64,000 nucleotides of DNA. Origin: Octopus vulgaris (lineage: Eukaryota). Of this stretch, positions 50,521 through 64,000 are shown in pieces. The notes beneath the pieces are model-generated. The model saw nothing but the letters and a program-made list of their open reading frames with translations, made no database searches and was not told where the DNA came from. Numbering within the stretch: position 1 is the stretch's first letter; each line of letters begins with the position of its first letter. The DNA lies in NCBI GenBank assembly GCA_951406725.2, contig OX597818.1:49600001-49664000 (forward strand). The letters run 5' to 3'. Position numbers and translations under genes: made by a program.

Positions 50521-52024
50521 AGCAAATCAAAATGGGTTCAAATCAGGACGATCAACAATATCTCACTTTGTCACATTTAGAAGACTGCTAGAGGGAGTTA
50601 AGAATCATAATAGGAAGGCTATCATTATCTATGTAGACTTTAAAAAGGCTTTTGATTCAATACATAGAGGAATGATGAAGATACTTAAAGCATATGATAT
50701 TCTACAAGAATTATGAGAGCAATAGGTAAGCTGTATGAGAACATCAGAGTGAAAGTGATCACTACTGATGGAGAGACAGAATACTTTGAAGTCAAAGCTG
50801 GAATCTCTTGTGAAAGGTAGAAGAGTCCAGTTTGCTGGACATTGTTGTAGAGCTGAAAACGAGGTAATTTCTACTCTTCTCCTCTGGAAGCCATCTGCTC
50901 GTGATACCAGAGGGCGCACACTCTCCTACCCTGATGTAATCTCCAGGGATACAGGCATCCAGCAACAGGACCTCCGTAATGCTATGATGGACCGTGAAGT
51001 CTGGCGTAACATAGTCTCATTGTCTCATAGTCCATTGTCTCAACCACGGTCGAACAATGATGATGATGATAGGGCAACATGCTAGCACCTTATCTCTTCG
51101 CCATCGTTCTGGACTATGTAATGCTTAGAACATGCGAGAACAAATTAGAACTGAGATTCAAACTGCATAGGCAAAAAAGTAGATGGCATCAAGCAGTAAC
51201 AGTAACTGACCTAGACTATGCTGATGACCTGGCATTACTAACAGAGAGGACAGATCAGGCACAGAAGGTGCTGAGCAGATTAGAGCAGGAATTGGGGAAG
51301 GTAGGATTGTACTGTAACGCAAAGAAAACAGTTGCAAGTATTCAACCACAAAATGCCTGTATCAGTGAAAGTGAGAAACAGTAAGTCTCTGAAGGTAGTT
51401 GAACAATTCAAATACCTTGATGCATGGACACAAAGTACTGAAAAAGACATTGTCTCAAGGAAAGCTCTTGCCTGGAGCACATGCCATAAATTGAGAAATG
51501 CATGGAGTTCAAAGTTAGCAAGGAAATTGAAAGTGAGATTGTTTCTGGCAACAGTGGAGTCTGGCAACAGTGGAGTCTGTTCTTCTATAACATGGATGCT
51601 CACTAAAGCATTGAAGAAGCAGTTTGACGGTTTTATATGAGGATGCTTAGAATTGCACTCAATGTCTCCTGGAAGAGTCATACTACAAACATCGACTTAT
51701 ACTAGGGACTACCAAAAATAACATTGAAGACGCAACATAGAAGGATGAGGCTAGCTGGATGCTGCATCAGACATACTGATGAAATTGCTAACAAGCTAGT
51801 GCTCTGGCAACCAATGAAAGGAAGAACCAGGAGAGGAAGGAGGAAGACGACCTAGATCGACAACTTGCTGTAGGATATTAGTATGAAAGGGGTACAGGAG
51901 CTGAGGACCATTATGGAAGTTCAAGATAAATGGGCAAAACATGTGGAAACAGCCTTGGGGCATCTTGAGGGATAACATATATATATATATATATATTGTC
52001 TCAACCATGGTCGAACAATGATGA

Positions 52025-52030
<6 letters not shown>
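50521..52030 (+). pseudogene. RTE/RTEX-clade LINE, 3' part (RT domains 2-7 and C-terminus), with a nested RTE 3'-tail insert at about 50800-51070
   Basis: NQNGFKSGRST, YVDFKKAFDSI, LAPYLFAIVLD, DLDYADDLALL, FKYL and RMRLAG; the nested piece reads RRVQFAGHC..LLLWKP..DREVWR followed by (GAT)n. Confidence 0.9.
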
Positions 52031-52072
<42 letters not shown>

Positions 52073-52191
52073 TGTACAATCATTTGTTTGTACTCCACCA
52101 GCCTTCGTCTTTTGTTTATTTTCATAAACCTTCCCGTTATATATATATATATATATATATACTTACATACATACAAAGAGAGAGAGAGAGA

Positions 52192-52577
52192 CAGGCATGG
52201 TTTTGTAGTGAAAAGTTTGCTTTCCAATTACATGGTCCTGGGTTCAATACCACAGCATGGCACCTTGAATAAATGTCTTCTATTATAGCCTCAGTCTGAT
52301 CAAAGCCTTGTGAGTGGATTTGGTAGACAGAAACTGAAAAAAGCTTGTATGCATATGTATGTGTGTGTGTGTGTGTTTTTTGTGTCTGTGTTAGTCCCCT
52401 GTCAGTGCTTGACAACTGGTATTAATTTGTTTACATTCCCATAACTTAGCAGTTTGGCAAAAAGAAACCAATAAAATAAATACCCGGTACACATTGGGGC
52501 TGACTAAAAAAAATTCCTCAAGGCAGTGGCTCAGCATGGCTGTAGTCTAATGACTGAAACTAGTAAAAGATAAAAGA
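52192..52577 (+). mobile_element. SINE family A (diverged)
   Basis: Consensus match. Confidence 0.85.
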
Positions 52578-52995
52578 TATATATATATATATATCGTCAC
52601 TCACCTAGTCTCACCAAGATATATGCAAAATTTGTCAAAGACAAAAAAGCACTATCTGAACATGGTCAATGCCAGTGCCGCCTGACTGGCTCCTGTCCTG
52701 GTGGCACATAAAAAGCTACCCACTACACTCTCAGAGTGGTTGGTGTTAGAAAGGGCATCCAGATTGGAGCCTGGTGCAGCCTACTGGCTTGCCAATCCCC
52801 AGTCAAACGATCCAACCCATGCCAGCATGGAAAATGGATGTCAAACGATGATGATGATGACACATTGACTGAAAATGCTTCAACTGTTTAATATGTTTTG
52901 AGTACAATGTCCATATTTCACACTTGTACAAGAAAGCAGACATAAAGCTTGTTTTGGAAATATATTTTAGAGTGTTTTTTTTTTTATATATATAT

Positions 52996-53228
52996 TTATT
53001 TCTTTATTGCCCACAACGGGCTAAACATAGAGGGGACAAACAAGGACAGACAAACGGATTAAGTCGATTACATCACCCCCAGTGCGAAACTGGTACTTTA
53101 TTTATCGACCCCGAAAGGATGAAAGGCAAAGTCGACCATGGCGGAATTTGAACTCAGAACGTAACGGCAGATGAAATACGGCTACGCATTTCGCCTGGTG
53201 TGCTAACGATTCTGCCAGCTCGCCGCCT
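52996..53228 (-). mobile_element. SINE family B monomer
   Basis: Consensus match. Confidence 0.9.
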
Positions 53229-53239
53229 TTTTTATATAT

Positions 53240-53960
53240 ATATTGTTGAGACTGTAATTTTCCCAAGGATATCCTCATCTTCTGAAGTCTCTTTGCAATT
53301 TCATCAAGATTTGTACCACTGATTAACATGGGGCTAAGACATTTTGAGGGAAAATACGCTTTCCAAAGTTTTACTTTATGCCATTATTTTAGGATCCACT
53401 TGAAGTTTTCCGGGTAGGGCTGGTAAAGAATAATAATTTTATCAAGATTTATTGTGAGGCCTAACATGCGACATGCCAATGAAATTTTATACATAACAGT
53501 TTGAAGATCTTTTTTCATTGCTTGTGACGATATCACTGCCATCAATGTACAAGAGGTCTCTTATCAGATGTACAAAAGAGTATGGTTTAGAATTAAGTTG
53601 TTCGAGGTTGAATAACTTACCAGCTGTGTGACAGTGTATTTATAGACACTATCACACAATCCTTGCGACTGTTTTTGAAAGCGATTAAAAAAACATTATG
53701 AAATATTTGGCAAATAGAATAAGACCAGTTAACCCTGTTTTGCTAACACCACTAACTGTAAAAAAGTTTGATCATTTTCCCCTAATTACTGCAAAATATT
53801 TTTACATCATCATGGAAGGACTTGACAATATTTGTAAATTTATCACAGTAACCATTCTTTCTGAGAGTTACCCATAATGCATCACAATTCACTGAATCAA
53901 AGGCCTTAGTGTAGTCTGTAAAGCAACAGTAGAGATCAAGTCTCTGCTCAATATATCTCT
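53240..53960 (-). pseudogene. Highly decayed RTE-clade RT fragment
   Basis: Minus-strand DLYCCFTDYTKAFDSVN (RT motif); probably continues past SINE B to about 54570. Confidence 0.7.
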
Positions 53961-54408
53961 ATTCTTATTTCTTATTTCTTTATTACCCACAAGGGGCTAA
54001 ACATAGAGGGGACAAACAAGGATAGACAAAGGGGTTAAGTCAATTACATCGACCCCAATGCGTGACTGGTACTTAATTTATCAACCACGAAAGGATGAAA
54101 GGCAAAGTCGACCCAGGCGGAATTTGAACTCAGAACGTAATGGCAGACAAAATACCTATTTCTTTACTACCCACAAGGGGCTAAACACAGAGGGGACAAA
54201 CAAGGACAGACAAACGGTTTAAGTCGATTATATCGACCCCAGTGCATAACTGGTACTTATTTAATCAACCCCAAAAGGATGAAAGGCAAAGTCGACCTCG
54301 GCGGAATTTGAACTCAGAATGTAATGGCAGACGAAATACCGCTAAGCATTTCACCCGGCGTGCTAATGTTTTTGCCAGTTCGCCACCTAATGTTTTGCCA
54401 GCTCACCG
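53960..54408 (-). mobile_element. SINE family B dimer
   Basis: Two tandem bodies; 13-bp TSD gctcaatatatct. Confidence 0.9.
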
Positions 54409-54573
54409 CTCAATATATCTTTATTGTTGATGAGTGGAAAATATATCACTAGCTACTCCAGTGTGAAAACCTGGTCAAGATTCAAATGATGATATTGAAG
54501 TTTTGTGAGTTAGAAAATGTTGTAAATATAGAAACTCTCTTGTATTGTTGCAGACTGAGGTGGGCTAACCATG

Positions 54574-54800
54574 TCTATTATATAAAATCGTTGTGTCTGT
54601 CTGTGTGCGTGTCTTCTAGGATCTTGGGCATCCTCTATCCGATTGCACTCAAATTTGATATGTAGATACCGACGGTATCAGGGCATATATAAGTCTTGAA
54701 AAAATTACAAAAATCGATTCCAGGTGAGAATGTGATTGATAAAGCCGTGGGAACGTACATTTGTACGCGCAAGTACATCAACTGTTGCGATGTACTTACT
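54574..54800 (+). mobile_element. Probable Helitron 5' end (third family); right boundary unknown
   Basis: TCtattatataaaa..tgtctgtctgtgtg..ccgattgcactcaaatttg has the typical non-autonomous Helitron 5' layout; no 3' CTAG hairpin was found. Confidence 0.5.
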
Positions 54801-56219
54801 GGTACTTTAAACTCTTTGGTTGCATATTTGTGTGAATAAAATCGTTTTTCTTTGGAACAGAAAAAAAGTCTATCTTTATTTCTTCTTTTGCTGGTGTCTC
54901 AAATTTAGGTTAAATCAGTGTTTCCCAAATGGCAGGCCTATGGGACGGTCAGACAAGTTGTTTTGAGAAAATTTGGTTTAAATGTTTGACAACTCAGCAC
55001 CATCCATTGGACGGCAGGGTGTTTTGCTCATAGTTCACAAGGAAGATAAAATCATTTACAAACATTTATTCTATGGAAAACTATGTTCTGAGAAAAAGAC
55101 CTCCCTACAAACAAAAGTTAAGATACAAATATTGACTTTAATCTGATTTTTTTTTAAATTTTAGGGGGAAATAAGGGAGGGATTACAGCTGATAGAACAT
55201 CATAGAAGAAAATATAGTCGTTGTGTCCCTGCATTTTGAAGAGGATCACATAAAATATGAAAAACTGAAATGAGAAAGAAGAAAAAGGAATCCCATAGAC
55301 ATCATAATACCTTCAAATGTCCAATTTAAAATTTAGTTTGTCTTTCTAACGCCAGTTTTGATAGCCTTCTAAAAATACATGAATGAAAGCAAGCTAATAA
55401 TAATTCTTTGTTGCCCGAAAGAAGATATGCCTGCCAATCATATAATGAATATCTTTCTATTAGTGGCCTGAAGAGATTACATGGTAACACACATTGTCAA
55501 AAGACATGATTCTGCATTGCATTTAACTGAAAGGAGACATGAATTCATAAATGCTGTGGAAAAGCTGTATATCATCAGCTGAAATAAAAAAAAATCATCT
55601 CTGGTTTGCAGTTCATTAAAAACAGTGGTCATACTCATTATTGAGCTGACTTCCATCATATGTACAAACACACACACACACACACACAACTACAAAGTCA
55701 CAGTTAGTTGGGTACTCCTAAAACTGAGAGAGGAGTGTATTGAAAAAACTGAATTTCCCAAAACATTTTTTTAACAGAATCATATTCTCTTTTGCTTAAA
55801 ACATACAATTCAAAAAAAAAATATTGGAAAATAAGACAAAAATTTAAATATTATGGCTGTTGCATATTCCTAAACAGAGAAGACAGCTCTGGATATCAAA
55901 AAAAAAATAAATAAAACACCTTAAAACAAAAATATTGCAGACTCGTAATCTCTAATGTTTAAAATATACAAATCTGAGGAAATTTTCTAAAAGAATAAAA
56001 ATGTGATAGGGTGGGGCATTTATTGCCCAAATCCATCTCCATATCATCCATTTTTGTTGTTTTTTTCTTTCTATTGACAATTTCATGACAAAGTAGCAGA
56101 GTTTATGTACATGAATACATTCCTTATCTATGTATTTATCTCTGTGTCTCTGTCTCTATGGGTATATGTGTCTCATATCTCCATGGGATCTATCACATAC
56201 ATACCCCGCCCCATGCCTG

Positions 56220-56240
56220 CTCCCACTTTCTCTCTTCCAA

Positions 56241-56285
<45 letters not shown>

Positions 56286-56286
56286 T

Positions 56287-56332
<46 letters not shown>

Positions 56333-56710
56333 GAAGTATCTCATTGTCTATCTAAGTATCTATTTATGTCTCACTCATTATCAAGATGATTATTTTCCCT
56401 TTCCAGAGAGAGAGAGAGAGAGAGAGAAGAAGAAGAAGGAGGAGAAGAAGAAGAAGAAGAAGAAGAAGAAGAAGAAGAAGACTGACAGACAGAGAGATGG
56501 ACAGAAGTAGGGGGAGGAGATATAGAAAGAAGCAGATGGACAGACAGACAGACAAACAGACAGGCAGAGAGTATCAAGAATGATTCACAAAATAAAGAAT
56601 TAGGAAGGAATGACTGCAAAAAATTGGAAGAAAGAGGTAGAGAGAGAGAGAGAGGGGAGAAGGAAGAAGGAAGAAGGAAAGAAAATAAAATTAAAGAGAG
56701 ACAGAAAGTG
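56220..56710. repeat. (CT)n, (GA)n, (GAA)n and (GACA)n simple repeats
   Basis: Directly visible. Confidence 0.95.
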
Positions 56711-57074
56711 GAAGTAAAGCAGAGTTTGACATCACATAAATTTTTTGGACATTTTTGATGACGTATTTTAAAATTTTTTTTTCCTTCCTGTTGACACTTT
56801 TCAACTCTCACTGTTTCACCTTCTCCCACTATTACCCTTTTTCAATTTTCTGAGGTTTTTTGGGGGGTTTTTTTGTCTCTTGTGGTTTCAAGAGAAATTT
56901 GGCTGCTATTTCTCAAAATAAATATTATAAAAACTTGCTGTTAGATGACAAATAATATATGCATATGACTATGTTGTTAAGAAGTTTGTCTCAAAACCAT
57001 GGATGTGTGTTTATTTGGAAAAACAAAAAAAATAATAAACAGAATGACCATCCCGAAATGCAACAATATATATA

Positions 57075-58170
57075 TTTGGTCATCCCTTAATAATGTGGTT
57101 TTTTTATACTTCTTTTATTTTTCAGAATTAAGATAAACAAAGTTTTTTAAATCTAAAATATGCTCTCCTTCATTTTCTACAATGCTCTTCCATCTCTCTG
57201 GTAGACTTGCAAGGCTCTCTTCCAAAATTCACTTATCTGTGGTGAAAAATACTCCTCCAGTACTGTTCTGACCTCATCTACACAATTCAAATTTATGTGA
57301 CCGAGCATTATCCTGATGGAAGAACACCTTTCATCTTGAAACCAAAGATAGTCATTTTTCTTCTAGCGCTGACTTAAGCCACTCAAGCTGCTCACAATAA
57401 ATCTCCTTTGTTATCATTTGGTTTGGGTTTAAAAGTTTAAAGTGGATTAAATCTTTCATATCCTACCAAACAGATAACAACACCTTACATGGGTGAAAAC
57501 CTTCTTTAGCCTGGGATGCCAGCGCTTAACATTTTTATAGAGAATCTATCTCTTGTCACCAGTCAATATTCAGTCCAAAAATGGTTCATTCACAAGACTT
57601 GGCAGCAAAGATCACACATTCTCTCTCTGCATGTGATTAGACTCAGAAAGTTTGTGAGGAACTCATTGACCCAACATGCTGACTTTTCTGATCGCATGCA
57701 GGTGTCGATGAATGGTTGAATGACCAAATCTGAGTTTCTCTGCTAGTTCCTCAACAATTATGATAGGATTTTGTTCCACCAGAGTTTGCAGGACATCCCC
57801 GTTGAGCTCTACAGATCTTCCAGGAGTAGGCTCATCTTCTTGGCTGTAATTTCTGGCACGGAATTTCTTGAACCACCGTTGACACAGGCTTACACTTATT
57901 GTCTGATCCTCATATACTGCATTAATATTCCTCACACTTTCTGTTGCCTTGTTGCCTTTATTGAACTCAAAGCAAAATATGCCAAATATGCTCCTTTGGA
58001 AAATAATTGTTAAAATCGAACTGCACTCTTCAAAACTTGCACTAAGAATAAGGACACAGTAAAATTACTACCTGCTTTTATAGCAAGTTGATGCAAGTAG
58101 TTTATCCCATCCCCTTCCTTTTTTTAGTTCATGCAATTGAAAAAAACATGTCATTTATGAGATGACCCAA
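57075..58170 (-). mobile_element. Decayed mariner transposon with TIRs
   Basis: TIRs tttggtcatccc and gagatgacccaa flanked by TA; ORF RNINAVY..CQRWFKKFR..DEPTPGRSVE and GVFFHQDNAR. Confidence 0.88.
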
Positions 58171-58309
58171 TATATATATATATATATATATATATACACC
58201 TCCCCACACACACACATATATTTTTCTCAATATACAATATCTGTAGACCGCTTCTAACACTCTATACATACATACATATATATGTATGTATATATATATA
58301 TATATATAC

Positions 58310-58700
58310 TCTCTCTTTTACTCTTTTACTTGTTTCAGTCATTTGACTGCGGCCATGCTGGAGCACCGCCTTTAATCGAGCAATTCGATCCCGGGACTTA
58401 TTCTTTTGTAAGCCCAGTACTTATTCTATCGGTCTCTTTTGCCGAACTGCTAAGTAATGGGGACATAAACACACCAGCATCGGTTGTCAAGCAATGCTAG
58501 GGGGACAAACACAGACACACATACACTCATATATATATACATATATACGACGGGCTTCTTTCAGTTTCCGTCTACCAAATCCACTCACAGGGCTTTGGTC
58601 GGCCCGAGGCTATAGTAGAAGACACTTGCCCAAGGTGTCACGCAGTGGGACTGAACCCGGAACCATGTGGTTGGTAAACAAGCTACTTACCACACAGCCA
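58310..58700 (-). mobile_element. SINE family A, CpG-rich (probably young) copy
   Basis: Near-consensus copy. Confidence 0.92.
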
Positions 58701-58874
58701 CATTTATATATATGTACAAAAATTAAAGAATGGAGTAGATAAAATCCGGGCTACTATGTTTCATAGTGAGCGGAACCTTGAAAGTAGTAATTATTCAAGC
58801 AAAGTGTATATTGCAGGTTACTCTTCAGGCCAAAGATATCTAGAAAATTTCCACTTTCCTGTTTTGTTACATAT

Positions 58875-59138
58875 CATCATCATCATCATCATCATCATCA
58901 TCGTCCTTTAACATCCGTTTTCCATGCTAGCATGGGTTGGACGGTTCGACCGGGGTCTGGGAAGCCAGGAGGCTGCTCAGGCTCCAGTTTGATTTGGCAT
59001 GGTTTTCTACAGTTGGATGCCCTTCCTAATGCCAACCACTCCATGAGTGTAGTGGGTGCTTTTTACGTGCCACCGGCACTAGTGCCAGGGGAGGCTAGCA
59101 ACGGCCACGATCGGTTGGTGCTTTTTACGTGCCACCGA
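58875..59138 (-). mobile_element. Family C retroposon
   Basis: (CAT)n tail plus family body. Confidence 0.88.
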
Positions 59139-59181
59139 CACACACACACATATATATATACATATATATATATATACACAC

Positions 59182-59276
<95 letters not shown>

Positions 59277-59422
59277 ACAATCCATATGGATAAAGACAGA
59301 AAGCACACAGAAACCTGCTTCCTCCAAGTGATGCCACAGTAGAGATTGTAGGTTCACAGCAGAATGAGTGTGTAATATGAGATTAATTCAGTTGTAGCGG
59401 TTTCACTTTCCCCAATAATAAC

Positions 59423-59453
<31 letters not shown>

Positions 59454-59470
59454 GAAAACGGACGCTAAAC

Positions 59471-59548
<78 letters not shown>

Positions 59549-59811
59549 ACAAAACAGAAAAAGTGGAGATTTTTGGTGTTATTTAATCTCTAACACATGC
59601 GTCTCATTAGCAAATAGGAGTTACAATTTTTATAATACCCAAAAATTTCCATTTTCCCGTTTTGTTATACAATAGCTCTGCAAAAAAATATTTCCATAAT
59701 TCTCAATTTTTTATATACATTTTGTCTAACATACAGCAGACCACATAAATGAATAAGATAAGCAGATGTGCTTCAAGAGGAAACAGCTGGGATTTACCTA
59801 ACTACCTATAT

Positions 59812-60141
59812 ATAATAGTTATCGCCATACTAATATGGCATTCTTATAAAAATAAGAAAAAAGCTGTCCGCTTATTAGCTCCATGAGGCCATCGCCTTAA
59901 GTTAGCTATTTGATACACAAACTGTATCCATATAACCTTCGAACAAGGGAGGTCAGTCGCTCCACACTACTTGACCGGTCAAGTAGTGTGGAGCGACTGA
60001 CCTCCCTTGTTCGAAGGTTATATGGATACAGTTTGTGTATCAAATAGCTAACTTAAGGCGATGGCCTCATGGAGCTAATAAGCGGACAGCTTTTTTCTTA
60101 TTTTTATAAGAATGCCATATTAGTATGGCGATAACTATTAT
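59812..60141. repeat. Spacer-less palindrome of 330 bp
   Basis: Centre ..ttgacc|ggtcaa.. at 59976/59977; the 165-bp arms show no mismatch on visual reading. Confidence 0.92.
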
Positions 60142-60205
60142 TTTCCGGGAACGCTGCCGCTGTTCTCTCTTTTAGAGAGACTTAGTTATTTTAATATTTC
60201 TATTA

Positions 60206-60330
<125 letters not shown>

Positions 60331-60454
60331 TTGAGTATAGAAATTCGGGGTGAGTACTTGATAATTATAAGCACCTGTGTATACCGTTTGGTGGTATACC
60401 GTTGTGTATACCGTTTTGGTGATCCTTCGCATCATGTTTTTATTTTATTTTGAT

Positions 60455-60540
<86 letters not shown>

Positions 60541-60666
60541 GTATATATATATAAACCTACAAATAATACCAGGTAAATATTTACATGGTATTATTTATAC
60601 TTTTATATGTGCTTCATGATCCAGCTCCATTCTCCTGAAAATATATGAATTCTTATGACTACATTA

Positions 60667-60703
<37 letters not shown>

Positions 60704-60864
60704 TAGTCTTCACATTTCGTGTTAGTTATGTAATGACTGTCATTGTTATACAAGTATTGTCACCCAGTTTCAGTCTTCTGTAAGAACATGTCTGGCCAGG
60801 GGGCAGAAATATTTTGCTGCCTGGAAACAAGTGAGGATTGGCAACAGAACGTGGATGTTAAAAT

Positions 60865-60869
60865 AATGA

Positions 60870-60903
<34 letters not shown>

Positions 60904-60929
60904 GGTGGTGGTGGTGGTGGTGGTGATGG

Positions 60930-60963
<34 letters not shown>

Positions 60964-61025
60964 GGTGGTAGTGGTGGTGGTGGTGGTGGTGGTGGTGATG
61001 GTGATGGTGATGATGATGATGATAT
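60865..61025. repeat. (GAT/GGT)n trinucleotide array
   Basis: Directly visible. Confidence 0.95.
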
Positions 61026-61539
61026 CTATAATTGTATTCGTCATCATCATAATTTAACATCCATGTTCCATGCTGGCATGGGTTGGACGGTTTAACAGAA
61101 TCCAATGTAACCAAGGACTGCATCCTGCTCCAGTGTTTGCTCTGGCATAGGTTTTAACAGCCGGATGTCCTTCCTAGTGCCAACCACTTTACAGCATGGA
61201 CTTGGTGCTTTTTTTTGTGTCACCTGTACTTTGGAGAGGTCGCCATGTAGTTTGCAGGACTACAAGCCGTTGGGTAAGTGGGGGCCAGTTTCATACTTGT
61301 GGAAAATGAGATTACTATGAGAGGTGGGGACAGAGCAGGTTCCTACAGAGGGATCTGCATTGCTACTTAGATCTAGTAAGCGAAAAGGAAGTAGAGAAAG
61401 AGAAAATTATCAGTAGCAGCTGCAAGACATAACCAATAATGATAAGGGCATCAGGTGACCCCACAATGCACAAGCTAAGGAGAAGTGAATGGGTGACTGG
61501 TTTGCAAGATTGTATAGGAAGGTGAATGAGGGGTGGAGA

Positions 61540-61838
61540 TTGTTCCTTCTCGAACCACGCCTGGCTCATAAGGGCCGGTTTCCTGGTTTTCTTGGCATAT
61601 AAATTCCCCACCTGGATGGGATGCCGGTCTGTCACAGGTGAACTACAAGATGCAGGAGGAAAGAGTGAGAGAAAGTTGAGGTAAAATAGTCAGCAGAAGT
61701 TCGCCATTACCTCCTGCCGGAGCTGTGTGGAACTTAGGTGTTTCGCTCATAAATGCACACATTGCCCGGTCTGAGATTCAAACCTGTGATCATTCGACCG
61801 TGAGTCTGCTGCTCTAACCACTAGGCCATGTGCCTCCA
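61540..61838 (-). mobile_element. tRNA-derived SINE family D
   Basis: Reverse-complement homologue of 10601-10897. Confidence 0.88.
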
Positions 61839-62039
61839 CAGGAGTGGGGATGCAGACATCCAAGATGGGTAGAGTTTAAGGGTGGATGAAACAAGATGTG
61901 GAAGATAGAGGTATGCAGAAGGGTGGAGGTAGCAAACAGCAGGTGTTGTAAAGATGACACAATCACTAGGGTCAGGGAAGGACAAGAGAAATATGATATG
62001 GTTGCATAGTCTATGGAACCAAGATAGAGGAAGATCATC

Positions 62040-63610
62040 CATACATATCACATGTCCTTATCAACACTGCCTTCTTTCTTCTACACATCTGATTCCTCTT
62101 ATTCTCAGTTTTTCACTCAGTACCCATGTACTAATTCTTATATACACATTCACATTGCACATCCTATGGAGCATGCTCGCTTCATTTCTTTCCAGTCTTA
62201 AGTCCTTTGCGATTGCTACCATGCAGCATTGCAGTTCTAACTCAAGCCTCATACAATCTGCCCTTTACTTTTAGGGAAAAAATTAAGAGTGTGAGGGAAG
62301 ATGTTTAGAGACAGGAAAGATATGACTGTAACAAGTGATGGTGAGAGAAAAAGGAGTGGTTGGGAGGGGGTATGGTAGACATGTTAGAGCATGGAGAGTA
62401 TGCAAATAGGCACAGGAGGGAGAGTAGAAGGGCCTGAAGTGGTTGATGATCATGGGTGGTGGGATGGAAGTCTATTGGAAAGATGAATTACAGGAGCATT
62501 TTGACCAAGGACAGACTCTGTGTGCATGGCAGGGGGAAGCATGATCGTAAAGGATATACTTGTATGTAGGGATGGCCACAATTTTATTTAGCTTGATGTG
62601 TCTTCACAAGCACTGTAAATTGGCAGAGGTCTCGGTTCCTTGTCATCACCTCTGTGCAGCTCATCATCTGAAGGTCATTTCTCACCACTTTGTCTCAACT
62701 CATCCTGGGTTTACTCCTTTCAAAGGTTCTCCCCATAATTTGAGATCAGCACTTCTTTATGCAGCTGTCCCCATCCGTATATATCACATGATCATACCAG
62801 CACAATCTTTTCTCTTGCACACTACATCTAATGCCACTTATACCCAATTTTTCTCTTAACTCATTTACACTCTGTAATGTCAGTGTGCACATACATTCAC
62901 ACTGACATTGCCCATCCAGTGGAGCATGCTGGCCTCATTTCTTTCAAGCCTTCATATGTCACTGCCATGTTAGCACAGCTGTTCATATACAGGTACCATA
63001 CAATCTGCCCTTCACTCTGAAGGAGAGGCCTTTGTTACCAACAAAGGTAATAACTCTCTGAACTTTGCCTAGCCTGTCCTTATTCTAATAGCTACACTTA
63101 GAGCATTTTCCTTCACTGCTAACTTAGCTAATTAGGTAATAAAAACTATCTACTATTTCTAAGGACTTCCCTCTAGGAATTTGAGTAAGTTTATTTTCTG
63201 TATATTCTTAATGTTTATTGTACCTGCACACCTACCACACACACAGACTACTTTCTCTGTTAACCTTCCTGTGATACTGCTATGCTGATTACATGCTTGT
63301 ACTGGGTACTCTACAGAATTTCTACCTACACTTTTTCAACGTATTGAGCAGGGCCATCTTCCTGAAGGGATTTGTAATTTGTCTGTTATCTTACTTATGA
63401 GGGCTTTTGGATATGGTTAAATTAACTTTAAGGCCCTTTAGTTCCAGACCTTGCTTCCAAACCTGAAATTTTCTCTTCTTGTTCTTGTAGGGATTCAGCT
63501 ATAAAAACAAGGTCATAGGCATAGAGGAACTCTCAAGGGCAGCCCGTCTTAAATTCCACTAGAGGGCCATGATAAACAAAAGGGTTCTTTAGTGAACTCC
63601 TACTTGTACA
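62040..63610 (-). pseudogene. Decayed RTE-clade LINE RT/C-terminal fragments (two pieces, about 62040-62270 and 62640-63610)
   Basis: LERNEASMLHRMCNV and LERNEASMLHWMG motifs, plus a decayed LYA(D)DL-like motif near 63520. Confidence 0.75.
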
Positions 63611-63626
63611 CTATACATGTGTGTGT

Positions 63627-63960
63627 GTAGGAGTGGCTGTGTAGTAAGTAGCTTGCTTACCAACCACATGGTTCCGGGTTCAGTCCCACTGCATGGCACC
63701 TAGGGCAAGTGTCTTCTACTGTAGCCTCAGGCTGGCCAAAGCCTTGTGAGTGGATTTGGTTAATAGAAATGAGTTGCGACGTCACAGGTGCCAAGCTGTA
63801 TCGGCCTTTGCTTTTCTCTTGGATAACACTGGTGGCATGGAGAGGGGAGGCTTGTATGCATGGGCAACGGCTGGTCTTCCATAAACAACCTTGCCCGGAC
63901 TTGTGCCCTGGAGTGTAACTTTGCAGGTGCAATCCCATGGTCATTCATGACTGAAGGGGG
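63627..63960. mobile_element. SINE A head (63627-63762) abutting an RTE-related UTR-like repeat (63765-63960)
   Basis: Family A head; the second part resembles non-coding ends of RTE-type elements (recognised from memory, unverified). Confidence 0.6.
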
Positions 63961-64000
63961 TCTCAATATATATATATGCATGTATATATATTTTAAATAA

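Overview
AT-rich eukaryotic genomic DNA, largely made of interspersed repeats and microsatellites [(TA)n, (CA)n, (CAT)n, (TACA)n, (GTA)n]. The mix of repeats resembles an octopus (coleoid cephalopod) intron or intergenic region; this is an inference from recalled repeat families and was not checked against a database. I could not support any intact host protein-coding exon. Nearly all ORFs in the track are translations of SINEs or microsatellites, or decayed transposon fragments. Content: more than 50 copies of at least five SINE or SINE-like families (working names A-E), decayed mariner and maT transposons, piggyBac and hAT MITEs, non-autonomous Helitrons, and RTE and CR1 LINE fragments. Four signals stand out. 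(i) Short fold-back or Penelope-like inserts carry minimal type I hammerhead ribozyme motifs: two have intact cores (about 16.23-16.27 kb and 34.45-34.48 kb, minus strand) and several are decayed. (ii) A composite 1175-bp Helitron with two 5' ends captured a piggyBac end and inserted at an A^T site inside a MITE TIR. (iii) An RTE LINE has a twin-priming-type 5' inversion. (iv) There are near-perfect long palindromes at 43.3 kb and 59.8-60.1 kb. Coordinates were counted by eye. Exact ends are given where TSDs or TIRs fix them; the others are approximate.
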